Origin: Nemertoderma westbladi | Taxonomy: Eukaryota; Animalia; Xenacoelomorpha | Direction of reading: 5' to 3' | Assembly (NCBI GenBank): GCA_032718475.1 | Contig: JAUCBJ010009045.1 | Location: 48,228 to 112,227, forward strand | DNA: 64,000 nt | Part shown: positions 26,213 to 38,212 of the stretch, one piece after another | How the letters are laid out: each line of letters starts with the position of its first letter | Position numbering within the stretch: the first letter of the stretch is position 1 | The notes under the pieces: model-generated | What the model was told of the DNA's origin: nothing | What the model saw: the letters and a program-made list of their open reading frames with translations, nothing else | Database searches by the model: none | Translations under genes and position numbers: made by a program

Positions 26213-26959
26213 TCTCTCCAGTTAATATTAAAGCGATCATAGGAAGCCTCTCACTTGGAAAGTCTCCGGATATCAAATCACTGGTTGTGGAACTTTTTTT
26301 GCATTCAAATCCAGAAATAATTTGTAACTCGATTTCTCATATAATAAATTCCAGTTTGGCTCTCGGACAGGTTCCTAGGTCATTTGGTGCAACGATAATT
26401 TCGCAGTTCTATAAGGGAAATAAATGCCAGAGACTCATCATTAACACAATCATATCGACCCATTGCTACGGTTAGCCTCTTGGCTAAAGTATTTGAAGGT
26501 GTAATTCTGAAGTTATTCTTACAGGATGACTTATCTAAATCCAGAAACTTGATATGGGTTCAGGAAGAATATTAGTTCGGATATGGTCAGGTCATTCGAG
26601 CAGTCCTAGAATGTATCGAATTCTATCTAAAGGACATATTAAATCCACATGTAGCGCTCGGAAGATTAGATTATTACGCACAAACCTTGGCTTTTCTCAA
26701 ATTTGATGGTAAATATCATAGACGAAAGAATACCAGTACATAAAGGTGTAAAACAGGGCTCATTGACTTCTCCATGCCTGTTCAACATATATATTGAGGA
26801 TATTATGAATGCACTATGTGAAAAAGGCCTTGGCTGTCACATAGGTTCTGTATGGTTTGGTGCAGCTAATTATTCATGAATACTACTATTAATGGCCCCA
26901 TCATCAACAGATCTTGAACAAATGATAAGTTGTTTTAAATGAAAGCAGAAAACTGAACC

Positions 26960-27177
26960 GGGTCAGATTAAAACGCGGATCCGGATCCGGATTCTACATT
27001 TAACATTGTCCATACGGAAGTCTATTTTTTTAAATTTTTATAACTCCCAAAAATAAAACTATAACCTGTTCTATTCACTTTAGTTTATTGTTTTGGTTAA
27101 AATCACGTGCCACTGTAACCTGCTCCTTTCCCTTAATTGATAATTTTGGAATCCGGATCCGCGTTTTATACCTACCC
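26960..27177. mobile_element. 218-bp MITE with 9-bp TSD (Mutator-like) inserted in the LINE remnant
   Basis: aactgaacc|gggtcagattaaaacgcggatccggat ... atccggatccgcgttttatacctaccc|aactgaacc: ~27-bp imperfect TIR, G termini, 9-bp direct repeat. Confidence 0.88.
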
Positions 27178-28147
27178 AACTGAACCTAACTATAGAATCC
27201 TCAAAGACATAATGGACATATACTTCGACAATTGTACACCAATCACTAATAAATGTGAACTCCAACTTAATTCATGAGAGTGACGCAATCAAGTTCCTTG
27301 GAGTAGTAATAGCAACAAGTGGAACTGACGCTCTGGAACGGTGTATCGGGATGGTAGGCCTATCTATCATCTATGCCAATTTCGTCAAACAATCCTGGAC
27401 CGTTCGCTCATTAAATTTACGTACTGTTATTACTCTGTGGAAATCAATTGCAGTACCTTCAATATTATTTGGAATTAAATTTATTGTTGGCTCATTAAAC
27501 TCAAGACAGATAGAAACACTTGGCATTCACTATAGGAAGCAACTATGTCAGTAATGATACTCTACATTACGTAACAGAGACACTTCCCCTTTCCAGTGAA
27601 GCTTACAAGTCAATAGTTGGACTCATATTAAGAGTGAAAGAATGCCCGAGTATTCCGCTCCAATCAGCTCTCAGTATTATGTTACAACAACCACTCGATA
27701 ACTCGAAACACGCTGGGATACGTAGTTTGTATCGCAATGCCACGCTATCCTTTCCCCTGCCAGATCTCAAATCATTGGCAATCTATAACTATAGTAAGAA
27801 TAGTCTAAACTCACGATTGCGGTCCCAACCACCATCATGGTGTACGAAGAATAATGGTGAATTCATATCTAGCTGCCTCGAGCAGACAAACATTCCGTTC
27901 GCTGTGCGACACGACCGCATTCTGGAATTCCATGGCATTCGATAAATACCAACTTTCCTATTGGTTGAAACCCTCCTCCGTCCCGTGCTGCATTATAAAC
28001 TTTGAATTCCTTTTTTTAATTTATGATTTTACTGTTTACATACACTTTTAATTATTTTAAACATAAGTTTTTAATGAATGAATAATTAAATAAATAAATG
28101 CCGGTTTGACCGGATGCTTGCGTCTTCGTGCGCTCGAGTATAGTAGT

Positions 28148-30612
28148 ATCTTTAATCATACTATTACGTAGCTATTCATACATTTAAAAAATGGTCCCGA
28201 ATATGGTTTATTTATTGAATAGACTAAAATAGCCTCGCGCCGGTGCAAAACCATGCAACATTTCAACGCTTATATCTCAGCAATTTTCAACGAAATGTTA
28301 CGTTACTACTAGTATCGGCATGCTGCATTGCAGCTGAATTTTGAGAATGCTGTGCCGGCTTGTCGACAAAATTGCGCCGCCACAACTCCCTATCACCTAT
28401 GACATTTGCAAGATCATCCGCATCTTCAAGGCCAGTGTCCTTTAAGATGCGTCTCAAGAAAGTCATGGGCTGTCCACCATGCTTATTCACTCCATGAGGC
28501 TGCCAAAGTACAAGATTATGCACTGGCTGGTCCTCACGGCGAAAGCAATGTCCTGCAAAGCGGAGGCGATTTTGTTCTAGTGACAAGCTTGGGGGAACCA
28601 ATGAGACACCTCCAATGTTATATAGTGTCTGGTTGGAGATGTGTGCATTGTACTTGACACAATGAACCCGGCGTAGTATACTGGAACTACTGCTGCTCTA
28701 AATAATCGGACCTTAAGTTTCCGATTAATTCTCGGTGACTTCCAAATCCTGGAAAGCCTATTCAAGGCTGCCCATGCCTTTCCCTTACGTATTCGAAGGT
28801 CCTCACCTGACTTCCGGATCCATGATCCCAGGTAACAGAGGTCGTCCACATGCTCAAGCATACCATCCTTTGAGCTTATGCTCATCCGATCAGAGACTTG
28901 CTGAGAACTTTCAAAGTTAACTGTCAAAATGTTGGTCTTTCTGGGGTTAATAAAAAGACCAACACTAGAAGCAGCATGTTCTAATGAGCTGAGGAGCCGT
29001 TGGGCTCCCTCTAGTGATTCTGAGAGTACTCCTAAGACATCAGCAAAGTCTAGATCAGTTAGGTACTTGGCAGGATTTCCTCGACTTCTGGAGCCAGTAG
29101 GTGGAGTTATCATCACCCCATCATCATTATGATGATCTAAGGACATGCGTAGAACATAGTCAACCACAATTATGAACAAGAATGGTGCAAGTGTGTTTTC
29201 CTGGAGGACGCCCCATAACACTTCAAATGGTTCTGTGTCACCATCAACAGTAGACACAAATGTTGTCGAACCATCGTATACTGATCTGATTGCTGCAATA
29301 ATTTCATCAGGAATCCCATATAATGAAAGTATGCTTAACATACGTGAGCGGGAGACTGAATCAAAGGCCTTGAAGAAGTCAACAAAGATAACAGCCAGAT
29401 GTCTGTCTTTCTTTTTTGATAACTCTTCAATTATCCTTCTAAGTGCCAAAATGGGTTCCATGGTCCCACGACCTTTACGGAACCCATTCTGATTTCCACG
29501 GAGCAGTCTCTCAATGGGATCTCTGATGCGATTTAATAGAATTCTATTGTATAGCTTTGCAGCAATCGAGATCAATGAGATTCCCCGAAAATAACCATAG
29601 AGTGTTAGGTTGCCCTTCTTGGGAACTGGCACCAACTTATTTGTTTTCATTTCTTGTGGGACTCTTGTTGTTCGGTACATGTCTACTATGATGGGATAGA
29701 TGAGCTTTAAACACTCAGGTATTTTAAAGACCTCAGGGGGAACACCATCTACTCCACTGGCACGATTGGTCTTAATGCTCTTTGCAGCAGCCTTCACTTC
29801 TGCAAAGGAGATATCGCCAATGGGAATATCTGGGAGTACAGACTCAGACACTTTTACTTCTATAAAGTTATCAGGCAATACCCTGTCATTATTGAGGAGC
29901 TTTTCAAAGTGGGCCTTCCAACCATTGAGGCGATCGGCTGGTGATTCAGCCTTAACCTTGGTGGTTGGTTGGCTTTTCCGCCCAGTAAGCAAGTTGATCG
30001 ATTTCCATGCCTGGGATGATTGCCTGCTGTCGTCAGCATCATTGATGGCATCAACCTGTTGGTTTATTAGCTCCTGTAGATTAACAGAGTACTGCCTGTT
30101 CAGGGACCTAGATGCAGCCTTAACTGCATTCTTGGCCGCTGTAGTCTGTTTGAGTCGGGACTCTTTCTGCGCCTTATATTGGTCATTTCGGCACTTCTGG
30201 ATTTTGTTGTCAGTCCAGGGGGCCCTTTTCCTGTTTCGAGGGTATACAGGAACTGTTTCTGCAGCTGCTAACTTAACTGCTTCTGTGAAGGCATACTTCA
30301 TACTACATACTACATACTTGGAATCCTTGCATGGCCAGCTTTCCATTGGTACCACCAACAAACAGCTATAAGGCAGAAAAGAACAAATGCGGTGGGATTG
30401 GTGTAATATCGCCGGAGACACTTTTTTAAATGCTTGTAGCAAAATATTGAAAACAAAAATAACAATTCTGGCTCACCCAGTGTCAGTGGTCGGGAGGTGA
30501 AACTATCTATCTCTGCTTCAAATTTCATGCAATATTATTAAGATTTGTAGAAAAATTAGGGGGGGGGGGGGGTGTCTCTGAATTACGAAACTATATATTC
30601 TGGGACATGGTG
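28148..30612. mobile_element. One arm of the CACCATGTCCCAGAA MITE family, split by an RTE insertion (pieces ~28148-28302 and ~30311-30612)
   Basis: Both pieces match consecutive parts of the 38213-39123 element (tagcctcgcgccggtgca...ttcaacgaaat, then tacatacttggaatccttg...ctgggacatggtg|ta). Confidence 0.85.
28303..30300 (-). mobile_element. 5'-truncated RTE-clade LINE, inactive reverse transcriptase
   Basis: ASGVDGVPPE, VPVPKKG, FRGISLISIAAKLYNRILLNRI, NQNGFRKGR, FVDFFKAFDSV, GVLQENTLAPFLF, LDFADV, YLGSWI. The C-terminal RLRFAGHCFRR...LWQP is in another frame. No endonuclease domain. Short (tag)n-like tail near 28303-28315. Confidence 0.92.
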
Positions 30613-30691
30613 TAAACGGGAAACATATGAAACGACAGGTCAGTTTAAACTGTATTGTATTATTGTAAGTAAGGAACTAACTATGGCCTAC

Positions 30692-31171
30692 CTCTTTGCA
30701 ACCTTTCAGGTACAACCCACCGATCTGAGGGCAATGCGTCGCTAACAACGACAAAACCTCGTCATTAACCCACGCCAACCCGCTTATAAGGAGAGCGCGC
30801 AGCCCAGAGCAGTTAGTAACAGCAGAGGTGATAACCGAGGGGTCAAGATTCGTACAGTTGGTGAAGAGGAGTGCACGAATACGGGATGCGCGTTTGGGGT
30901 CGTTGAATATCTTAATAAGCGACATGCCGTGTATTCGAGGACAAAGCGCCAGACGTATACTCTCTATGCCGGTGCAATACAAGGCGATGTAGGATAAACA
31001 CTCGTCGTCTATGTTGGGGCAGGCAGTCAAGTCGATTTCAGAGAGCTGAAACCCGATGGATTTAGTTATTCCTTCTACGGAACTCGAGTTTACCCCGCTG
31101 CATCCACACAGACGAAGATTCTCCAGATTTACCAATCGTTTGCTGCAGTTGACGATGACGTCACCAGGCAC
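30692..31171 (-). CDS. F-box/LRR-like gene, internal exon (VPGDVIVNCSKRLVNLENLRLCGC...GLYLKGCKE)
   Basis: Acceptor tatttttag|GTG and donor GAG|gtaggc, 480 nt, phase 0/0. About six cysteine-containing LRRs (LSEIDLTACPNIDDECL and similar). Confidence 0.93.
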
Positions 31172-33145
31172 CTAAAAATATATCTAAAAATATATACCTA
31201 GTAAAACAAAAATAAAATATGTGGCCAAACAATAACAAATATATATATAATATAAATCTTATCTTTAATTGTGGCCAGATAATAAAATTGATTGCCTTAG
31301 GATATACAATATTTGCGATATATACCATTTTATAACACTCACAGTGTTATTTATATTTTATATACTCCTAGAATGCTTCTTACAATCTGTCTCTACAACC
31401 TGCTAGTATAATAGTAGTATTTTTATTGACATTAATAATAAAGATATAACATAAAACAAAGTACAGCCTCCCAATCACAAATAACAAGCAAATAGAAAAA
31501 TGATGGAACTAAATAGTAAACAGTATTCAATAAATGTACATAATGTCCAACATATTCAAAGGATTTAAGCTAAGCAACGATAGTTTGAAAATATAACAAT
31601 TAGTAGGATTCATTTATATTTGTAATCATATAAACTCCAACGAGAGAAAGCCGCCCCAATATTAGATTATTACAACAACATATCCATTGGGTAAGAAAGT
31701 GGAGGAGAGCCAGCCCGTCTCTTAATTTTTTACTTTATATTACGCGATCAATTTTCACTCATCTCGTCATGAACCCAACATGTATGTAACTTTTTGTTAA
31801 ATTTGTTGGCTATGCGTTTGCGGTTGTTTGGGCGGAGTGTGGTAGGCCTACACTTTTCACACTTAAATATTTTGGTTGTGAAATGTTACAGGGCATAGCG
31901 ATCTGAGATATTTCATTTATATTTTATTATGAGAGGAAGAAGAACATACAACGTTATTTACTATGTAACAAAATAATTGTTTTCGGGTTTAACTTGGAAG
32001 CCTCCCCAAATAGTTGATATACAATTATATTTAAAATTATTTCCATGGTCATGGATATTCACCCGTCTTTAGTTAGAAATTTGTTTGCATGAAAGACAGT
32101 TTAGTTTAGTTTTTACTGATTTATTATCTCTTATCTGACTGGGGTAATAATAAAGGATAGGATAAATGGAAGCAAAGTGTGACAGTAACAACTATTTCCC
32201 CGTCACCCTAGCATGTCTTAAGTATGATATATCAAAGGGGGAAGTTTGGATTCACTGCATAAATGCAGTTCACCAAACTTCCCCCGAATGCACACTGTAA
32301 CTTCACTTCCCCCTTCCCCCAAATATCCACTGTTGAATTAATTTGAAGCGATATAATGAGTACAAAATTGTGCGAGTTTTTAATTGTGTGGTCCAATTGT
32401 TATTTGATTTCTATTTATTATTTAAAGTGCATTTAATATCACACTGGTTTTTAGAATATTATACTATACAACCTTATGTTTTATTAATTTACCCAATCGA
32501 AGCCTCATAAGGGCCGGTTATTTGTACGCATATCCCCTAATGCGCTCAGTAAGGTTCAAACAACATATTAATATGAAAATAAAGTATCTGTAAAGAAAAT
32601 AACCCAATACTATATAATTTGACCTTATTAAAAAATTTGCACTTTTGCACACTTATTTGTACAAATGCACTTTAGCAGATCGTAATGGTGGCTCTTATTT
32701 AACAAACTTATGTTTATCCTCTACCGATCTACGATGGTGTATGATCAAGTGTCAGTCGCTAAAAGTGTCAAAAATCCAATTTAATAAATCTGGATTTGCG
32801 ATTTTGGACCATATTCATGGACATTTTAAGTCAATTTATAGACATAAAAAGTTAAACAAATGTTACGATTATAGTTAGAAATCATTCCAAACTACATTTT
32901 AATCCAAAAAATAACATTCTCCGATGAATAGAACTGGAAATAATAGTGTTTGAAATATCGAAAAAATGTTCACTATTTAAGTGTATTTTGCACTAAGTGC
33001 ACATAAGTCTTTTCCCAAGTTGTATCCTATTTCACACACTGCAATCTATCCTCTATCCAATGAAAAAAGTTTCAGATTAAACGGCCCTGTAGAACCGAAG
33101 TTATTTATGTTTAAAAATAGTCACTCGAAAATTTCAAATTCTCTT

Positions 33146-33218
33146 GGTCACATAGTCTAGTGGTTATCAATCACGTTAATGAAACCTAAGTTCGCGGGTT
33201 CGAAATCCAATATTGACC
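33146..33218 (+). pseudogene. tRNA-like sequence (tRNA pseudogene or SINE head)
   Basis: A-box-like tagtctagtgg (33153-33163), B-box-like ggttcgaaatcc (33197-33208), partial acceptor stem ggtca/tgacc. No convincing anticodon arm. Confidence 0.5.
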
Positions 33219-35099
33219 TGACCATTCTTAATTTTTTTGCAAAAAAAATTATTTTTATTTTTTCACTAAAATCGCTCTAACTTCGGTTCTGGTGGTCCAA
33301 ATCCAATGAAATTGGTATATTCTTTGCCGTAATTTTTTTCTTAATCTTTTGAGAAGGGGTTATTTTTGGCCCCAAAAAAATTAAAAAAAGGGCCAAAATA
33401 ACGCGACATTTTTCGACCCTTAAAGTTCGTAATTTTAATTATATATGTTAAGATAAAAGATAGCGGAGTTAATTTGATACTTTTTACAGGTACTTTTGGC
33501 GCAATACGCTAAATTATAATGGAATAGCGATTTGTTAAAAAAAAAAATTTCGTCCCTTTTTATAAATATTATATTTCACACGATCGCCTGCCGCTCCAGT
33601 TTTATAATACCTCCGGCGCTGTGATTAACGCTGTTAGATAGATAATTTAACGCACTATAAGTCTGTGTAAACAAATCTCCCGTAAGTTAAGTAGATTTCG
33701 AGCTAGACGATTTCCCGCGAAGCAAGTTTGAAGCGCGAAATTATAATTTTGGCCCTCATTTTTTTAATATCATCCTTGGAGCAAAACCGATAGCATATTT
33801 GAATTCCCCGTATGGATATTGACTGTATAGAATGTACCTTAACCAACTGAAGTTAAAAATAAAAAATTATTCGATAAAAACTACTTTACAAATTCTGGCC
33901 CTTTTTGGCCCCTATTGCCGACATATTTTTTGTACCCCCATTCGATAGGAACGTAGCCCCAATGGTCTTCTACGAGTTTCCTAAAAGAATTAGTGGATTC
34001 CTACCCGCGTTGTCGAATTAAACATTTCGGAAATAAGTTTACCAAAAAAGACGGACAAAAACGTACAAATTTACAGCCCCTTTTTCCACCCGAAATTTTA
34101 ATAAATATCTTACCCCCATTCGATACGAAGGTAGTACCACTCTTCCCCTTTCCAACCGCGTTACTTTCGTCCCCGTACGATTAATATTAGCCGAGTTATA
34201 GCGGATCCCGCCAAGTCATTTTGTCCGTTTTTTCAACTTTGACGGACATTTTCGGAAAAAAGGCGTGGTAATCTTTTTTGAAAAAAAAAACGAATTCACT
34301 AATTAATCCCTTCTATCGTATCCCGGCGTCGGCTAAGCAATAACCTAGGGTTTTTTCGAGCCACTGTAGAGCGCCTTTCAAAAAAAATTTAAAATTGTCG
34401 AAAAAATGACGGTTTTTTGTCCGCCGTGTCCGTCGAAGGGTTAGATTTAATAATGTTAGAGTTGCTAATATCTTAGAATTCCGAGCCGCTCCCCTGGTGA
34501 GAAAATAAAAAAAATTGGTTAGTTCCTTCATCGAAAAGTCCCCCAGAATCCCAAGTTAACCTATATAGTTAGCGATGGCCTGCGGCTTTAGGAGCGGCCG
34601 CGGTATTCACCTCCCTCATAGCGGCCGCGGCGGTGTTGCGTCAAATGGAGAAATATTTATCCCACCAAGCAACCTAATGCTATTGTTGTAAATTGCACAT
34701 AATAAATATAAGAACAAAACCCGTCACCGTCACTAGTTATAGACCTACAAGCACTTAATTACTTGCTAGTTTTTGTAACAGAGTTTATCAACATCCTATT
34801 ATGGCGGACCTTATTGCCATTGCTTTATATACAAAAATGCCAACAATTTTGATTATTTATTCCGATTTTTATGACAAAAGTGAATGGAATCCATTAATAC
34901 TTTGAGAGCGATACATAACCACAGGTAAGAATTTACTTCTGTCACATAATTATGTATTCTGTATTAGTACAGTAACATTTTAATCGCCAAAGACCTGTAT
35001 TACTTCGAATATATGCACAAAACGATCCTAAATTATTACTATCACCATAGAACAATAAACTCATATTATCAAAATCCAAATTTTCATATTTATTACGAA

Positions 35100-36900
35100 A
35101 AATCTGTGGTTAAAGGGCAGAAAAGTAAAGTTTGTATTGAAATTTTGTCACACTCATACACCCGCTGTTCGGTTAGGATTCGGCTCCATCTACCCCTTTT
35201 CTATCTTTAGGTTGTGTGACATTAGTTTAATACGGGTGAACCATATCCGGATGTAATCTGGCAGTTCGGTAGCGGTTTCTATATAACTGGTGTGGTTCGA
35301 CTTTGGGGTTCATTATTTCACGATATGTCCGAAATTTTGTTTTTAACTCATCTTTAGATCTTATTTTACTGCACACTGACTTCAAAATATCGCTATCTAG
35401 AGTTAATTTAGTATCAGTTAAGATTTTATAGGCTGGTGTATTTGCAGATTTACAAAGTTCGTATACTTGATAAAATGGGGTATCTATATCTGTGTTCTTT
35501 AACATCTTTTATAGATAATTTTTCCGAGAGTTACAAATACGGGACTGAAGAGGCCGTATTTCGGAATACGGAACTGAAGAGGCCGTATTCCGGAATACGG
35601 AACTGAAGAGGCTGTATTCCGGAATACGGAACTGAAGAGGCTGTATTCCGGAATACGGAACTGAAGAGGCTGTATTCCGGAATACGGAACTGAAGAGGCT
35701 GTATTCCAGCTTCCGAGAGTTACAAATACGGAACTGAAGAGGCTGTATTCCAGCTTCCGAGAGTTACAAATACGGAACTGAAGAGGCTGTATTCCGGAAT
35801 ACGGAACTGAAGAGGCTGTATTCCGGAATACGGAACTGAAGAGGCTGTATTCCGGCTTCCGAGAGTTACAAATACGTAACTGAAGAGGCTGTATTCCGGA
35901 ATACGGAACTGAAGAGGCTGTATTCCGGAATACGGAACTGAAGAGGCTGTATTCCGGCTTCAATTAAACAAAGATCCATCCGAGTTCGTAGTCTAACACA
36001 ACCATACGGTTATAGTATTTTTCGACTATTTTTGTATTGTATGTAAGCCAAGATTCGGATGGAGGTAAGTGACGCTAATATTCCGGCTTCAAATACTTGT
36101 CGTTTTAGAATGAACGGCATACTTGTGTTTTTTGTATAGAAATGGCAAATTTGTTAGCGGTTTCTTCCCAGTGAGGTTCCTAAAATTTGAAGTATGAGGT
36201 CATTTTACCACCACTTGTAACATTTTACCATCACTAATCAAACTACACCCTAATCAACAAGTACACTAAGAGACAGGATGTGTTCTAGACAGCCCCGGCC
36301 CTTCTGAGCACCGGCTTGACATTTGTTAATATTGCACCACTTAATTAAACGGTTATTTAATAATATATCATAAATCTTGGCTAGACTAGTCATAATATTA
36401 ATGCCTCAGTAGTTCCCACAAATAGCTACCACTTACCAGTTTACTAACTCCCCAAGAGGTAGGGATATAATGTTACTTTGAAAAATACAGTTAAATAAGG
36501 ATAGAGAGAATAATAGCCAGTTACCAGGTAAAGATCGCCGGGTTGATTCCAATGTTAGTGTTTAGGCTAGACATTGCTTCGGCTAGTTCACGTTCAGTAA
36601 ATGGAGCGTCTACGATCGGGATGTAAGGAGCATTGTCAGTGATACAACAGTCAGGTATAAATAGTCAGTCCGTCGTTGGGGTTTAGCAATGTGTAAGAAT
36701 AAAAAGAATGCTTTGTATTCTACAAATCTTAATTAAATTGCATAAATTTGAAACCAACAAGCTGGTTCGACGTCGTAGTGGGTGAATCTTCCACTCTTTT
36801 GCTAAGAGCCTCTGAAAAAATATCCTATCAATTACCAATAGTGCGAAAACTTGCAGCAGTCGAGCCGCAGGTATTTTGTCGCCACCTGACGTTGTTTTTT
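35100..36900 (-). mobile_element. Heavily decayed, internally deleted LINE remnant
   Basis: Minus-strand fragments: DNAPYIPIVDAPFTERELAEAM (~36575-36640), GNY*GINIMTSLAKIYDILLNNRL and QAGAQKGRGCLEH (~36280-36418), KFRTYREIMNP, MSHNLKIEKGRW (~35185-35222). Boundaries approximate. Confidence 0.75.
35523..35961. repeat. 29-bp tandem array (gaatacggaactgaagaggctgtattccg) with interspersed longer variants, inside the LINE remnant
   Basis: About 13 copies of gaactgaagagg, several extended by cttccgagagttacaaatacg. Confidence 0.93.
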
Positions 36901-37214
36901 TTTGTATCGAACAGGATATAATTTTTCAGGATTACAAAACCTGGTAAAAATATCTGATTTTCGTTTAGAAATAGGTGAGATTATGAGCGTTCGAATAGGG
37001 CAGCTTTTTCCCCTGTACGAAACAATATATTAATTATATTTTATATAATCGCGGACTCACTCACTGCTAATATATCACAGATATATAATCACTGCGAATA
37101 ATATTTGAATATGGAATCTAGTCGAAAAGCTCCTATTCACAAATAGGCTTACACTGACCGTTGAATGCCGTTTACGGAATTATTATACTTCTAAAATGTT
37201 ATAGCCATAATTTG

Positions 37215-37283
37215 CCAATGACATAATTTTAATATAATTAACCAATGGATAACAAATTCTAGAATTTAATCTTCATATATAAG
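37215..37283 (+). promoter_or_regulatory. Putative core promoter of the protamine-like gene
   Basis: CCAAT at 37215 and 37242, TATATAAG at 37276-37283, ~95 bp upstream of the ATG. The AT-rich background weakens the call. Confidence 0.45.
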
Positions 37284-37374
37284 AGAAAATCATAGATATA
37301 ACGGCCATATTGAAAACAGTTAAATCAAAAGTAAGTGCACAATACAATATAATTAAATCTGATTAATAGACGCG

Positions 37375-37662
37375 ATGTCTCAAAGAAACCACAATGACAG
37401 TGAAAATGGAAAGTTGAGTGAGGTTGGGATGCCAAGTAATGACTTAGTCAGTTATAAACAGAAGGGGTATGTGAGTAGGTCAACCGAAAGGACAGATATG
37501 GAGAAAAGGAGACAGAAGAGGCGAAAGGGAAGCAAGAGTGGAAAGGGGAAGAAGAAGGGAAAAGGGAGTAGATCAAGGAGTCGAAAAGGGAGAAGTCGTG
37601 GTAGAAAGGCCAAGGGGAAGAAAGGGAAGAAATCAGGATCGCGGAGACGGGGAAAGAAATAA
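37375..37662 (+). CDS. Protamine-like / sperm nuclear basic protein precursor-like, 95 aa, intronless, nested antisense in an LRR-gene intron
   Basis: 43-aa neutral/acidic N-terminus, then 52 aa with 18 K + 13 R plus mostly G/S and an SRSRSR motif. Non-repetitive DNA. Tandem stops TAA TAG, upstream TATA, downstream AATAAA. Confidence 0.75.
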   Translation: MSQRNHNDSENGKLSEVGMPSNDLVSYKQKGYVSRSTERTDMEKRRQKRRKGSKSGKGKKKGKGSRSRSRKGRSRGRKAKGKKGKKSGSRRRGKK

Positions 37663-37797
37663 TAGGGAAAGTCTGCGCTCGAATCTCGGAAGATAAACTG
37701 AAATTTATTAGGATTTTTGATTATTATCAATTATAGTAATTTGTCAATATTAATTATCTATTCATAATTTATTATTAAATTATCTTAATATGTAACG

Positions 37798-37803
37798 AAT
37801 AAA
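37798..37803 (+). terminator. Putative polyadenylation signal for the protamine-like gene
   Basis: AATAAA ~135 nt after the stop codon. Confidence 0.5.
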
Positions 37804-38212
37804 TATCGATAGCTAAGAAGAAAAAAACATTGCGAAACTAAAACACATAATTTTATTTTCTAAAATTCATTTCAGTGATACGGCATATAGATATCACATG
37901 GGGTAACTTTTGTTTCTGCGACTTGTTTCTGAATCAAAAGTTTGTCAGTGTGAGGGGATCAGCAAAAAGTTGCTGGACACTGGACACGACACTCAGAAAC
38001 ATTGCGCAACAAAAGTTTATGTGTGTGGGGAGTCCAGAAACAACTTACTGCAACATTTTTAAAAAGTTATGTTAAATTTATTTGGTCAAAAAACTGGAAA
38101 ACTTGCGTGACATACTTTATGAACGTCCCCTAGCTACATTTTTAAAAACTTTTTTACATCACATTTTTCAACTAGCTAATATTAGATCATTTGAGTGATT
38201 TAATATTATATA

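Larger units (their letters stand above)
10892..28099 (+). mobile_element. Decayed non-LTR retrotransposon (LINE RT remnant), split by the 68-bp array and a MITE
   Basis: Frameshifted RT motifs: SLSLGKSPD, ALGQVPRSF, SYRPIATVSLLAKVFE (~26450-26500), KGVKQGSLTSPCLFNIYIED (~26742-26802), GCHIGSVWFGAANYS* (destroyed YADD), IKFLGV, WKSIAVPSILFG. (taaa)n tail at ~28086-28099. Clade not determined. Confidence 0.85.

Noticed and set aside
29172-30371. Plus-strand ORFs of 106 and 223 aa, and similarly 49056-49433
   Set aside because: Antisense shadows of the RTE RT and of the LRR exon.
32500-34640. Probable DNA-transposon remnant(s), including a piggyBac-like end tcgaagggttag near 34433-34444
   Set aside because: No matching opposite terminus or TSD could be identified by eye.
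34782-34924. Possible plus-strand exon (ttgtaacag| ... cacag|gtaaga)
   Set aside because: All three frames contain stops. It could be non-coding or a pseudo-exon, but there is no support.
35499-35963. 154-aa repetitive ORF
   Set aside because: Translation of the 29-bp minisatellite inside a dead LINE.
37452-37730. 92-aa F/P/L-rich minus-strand ORF
   Set aside because: Antisense shadow of the purine-rich protamine-like ORF.
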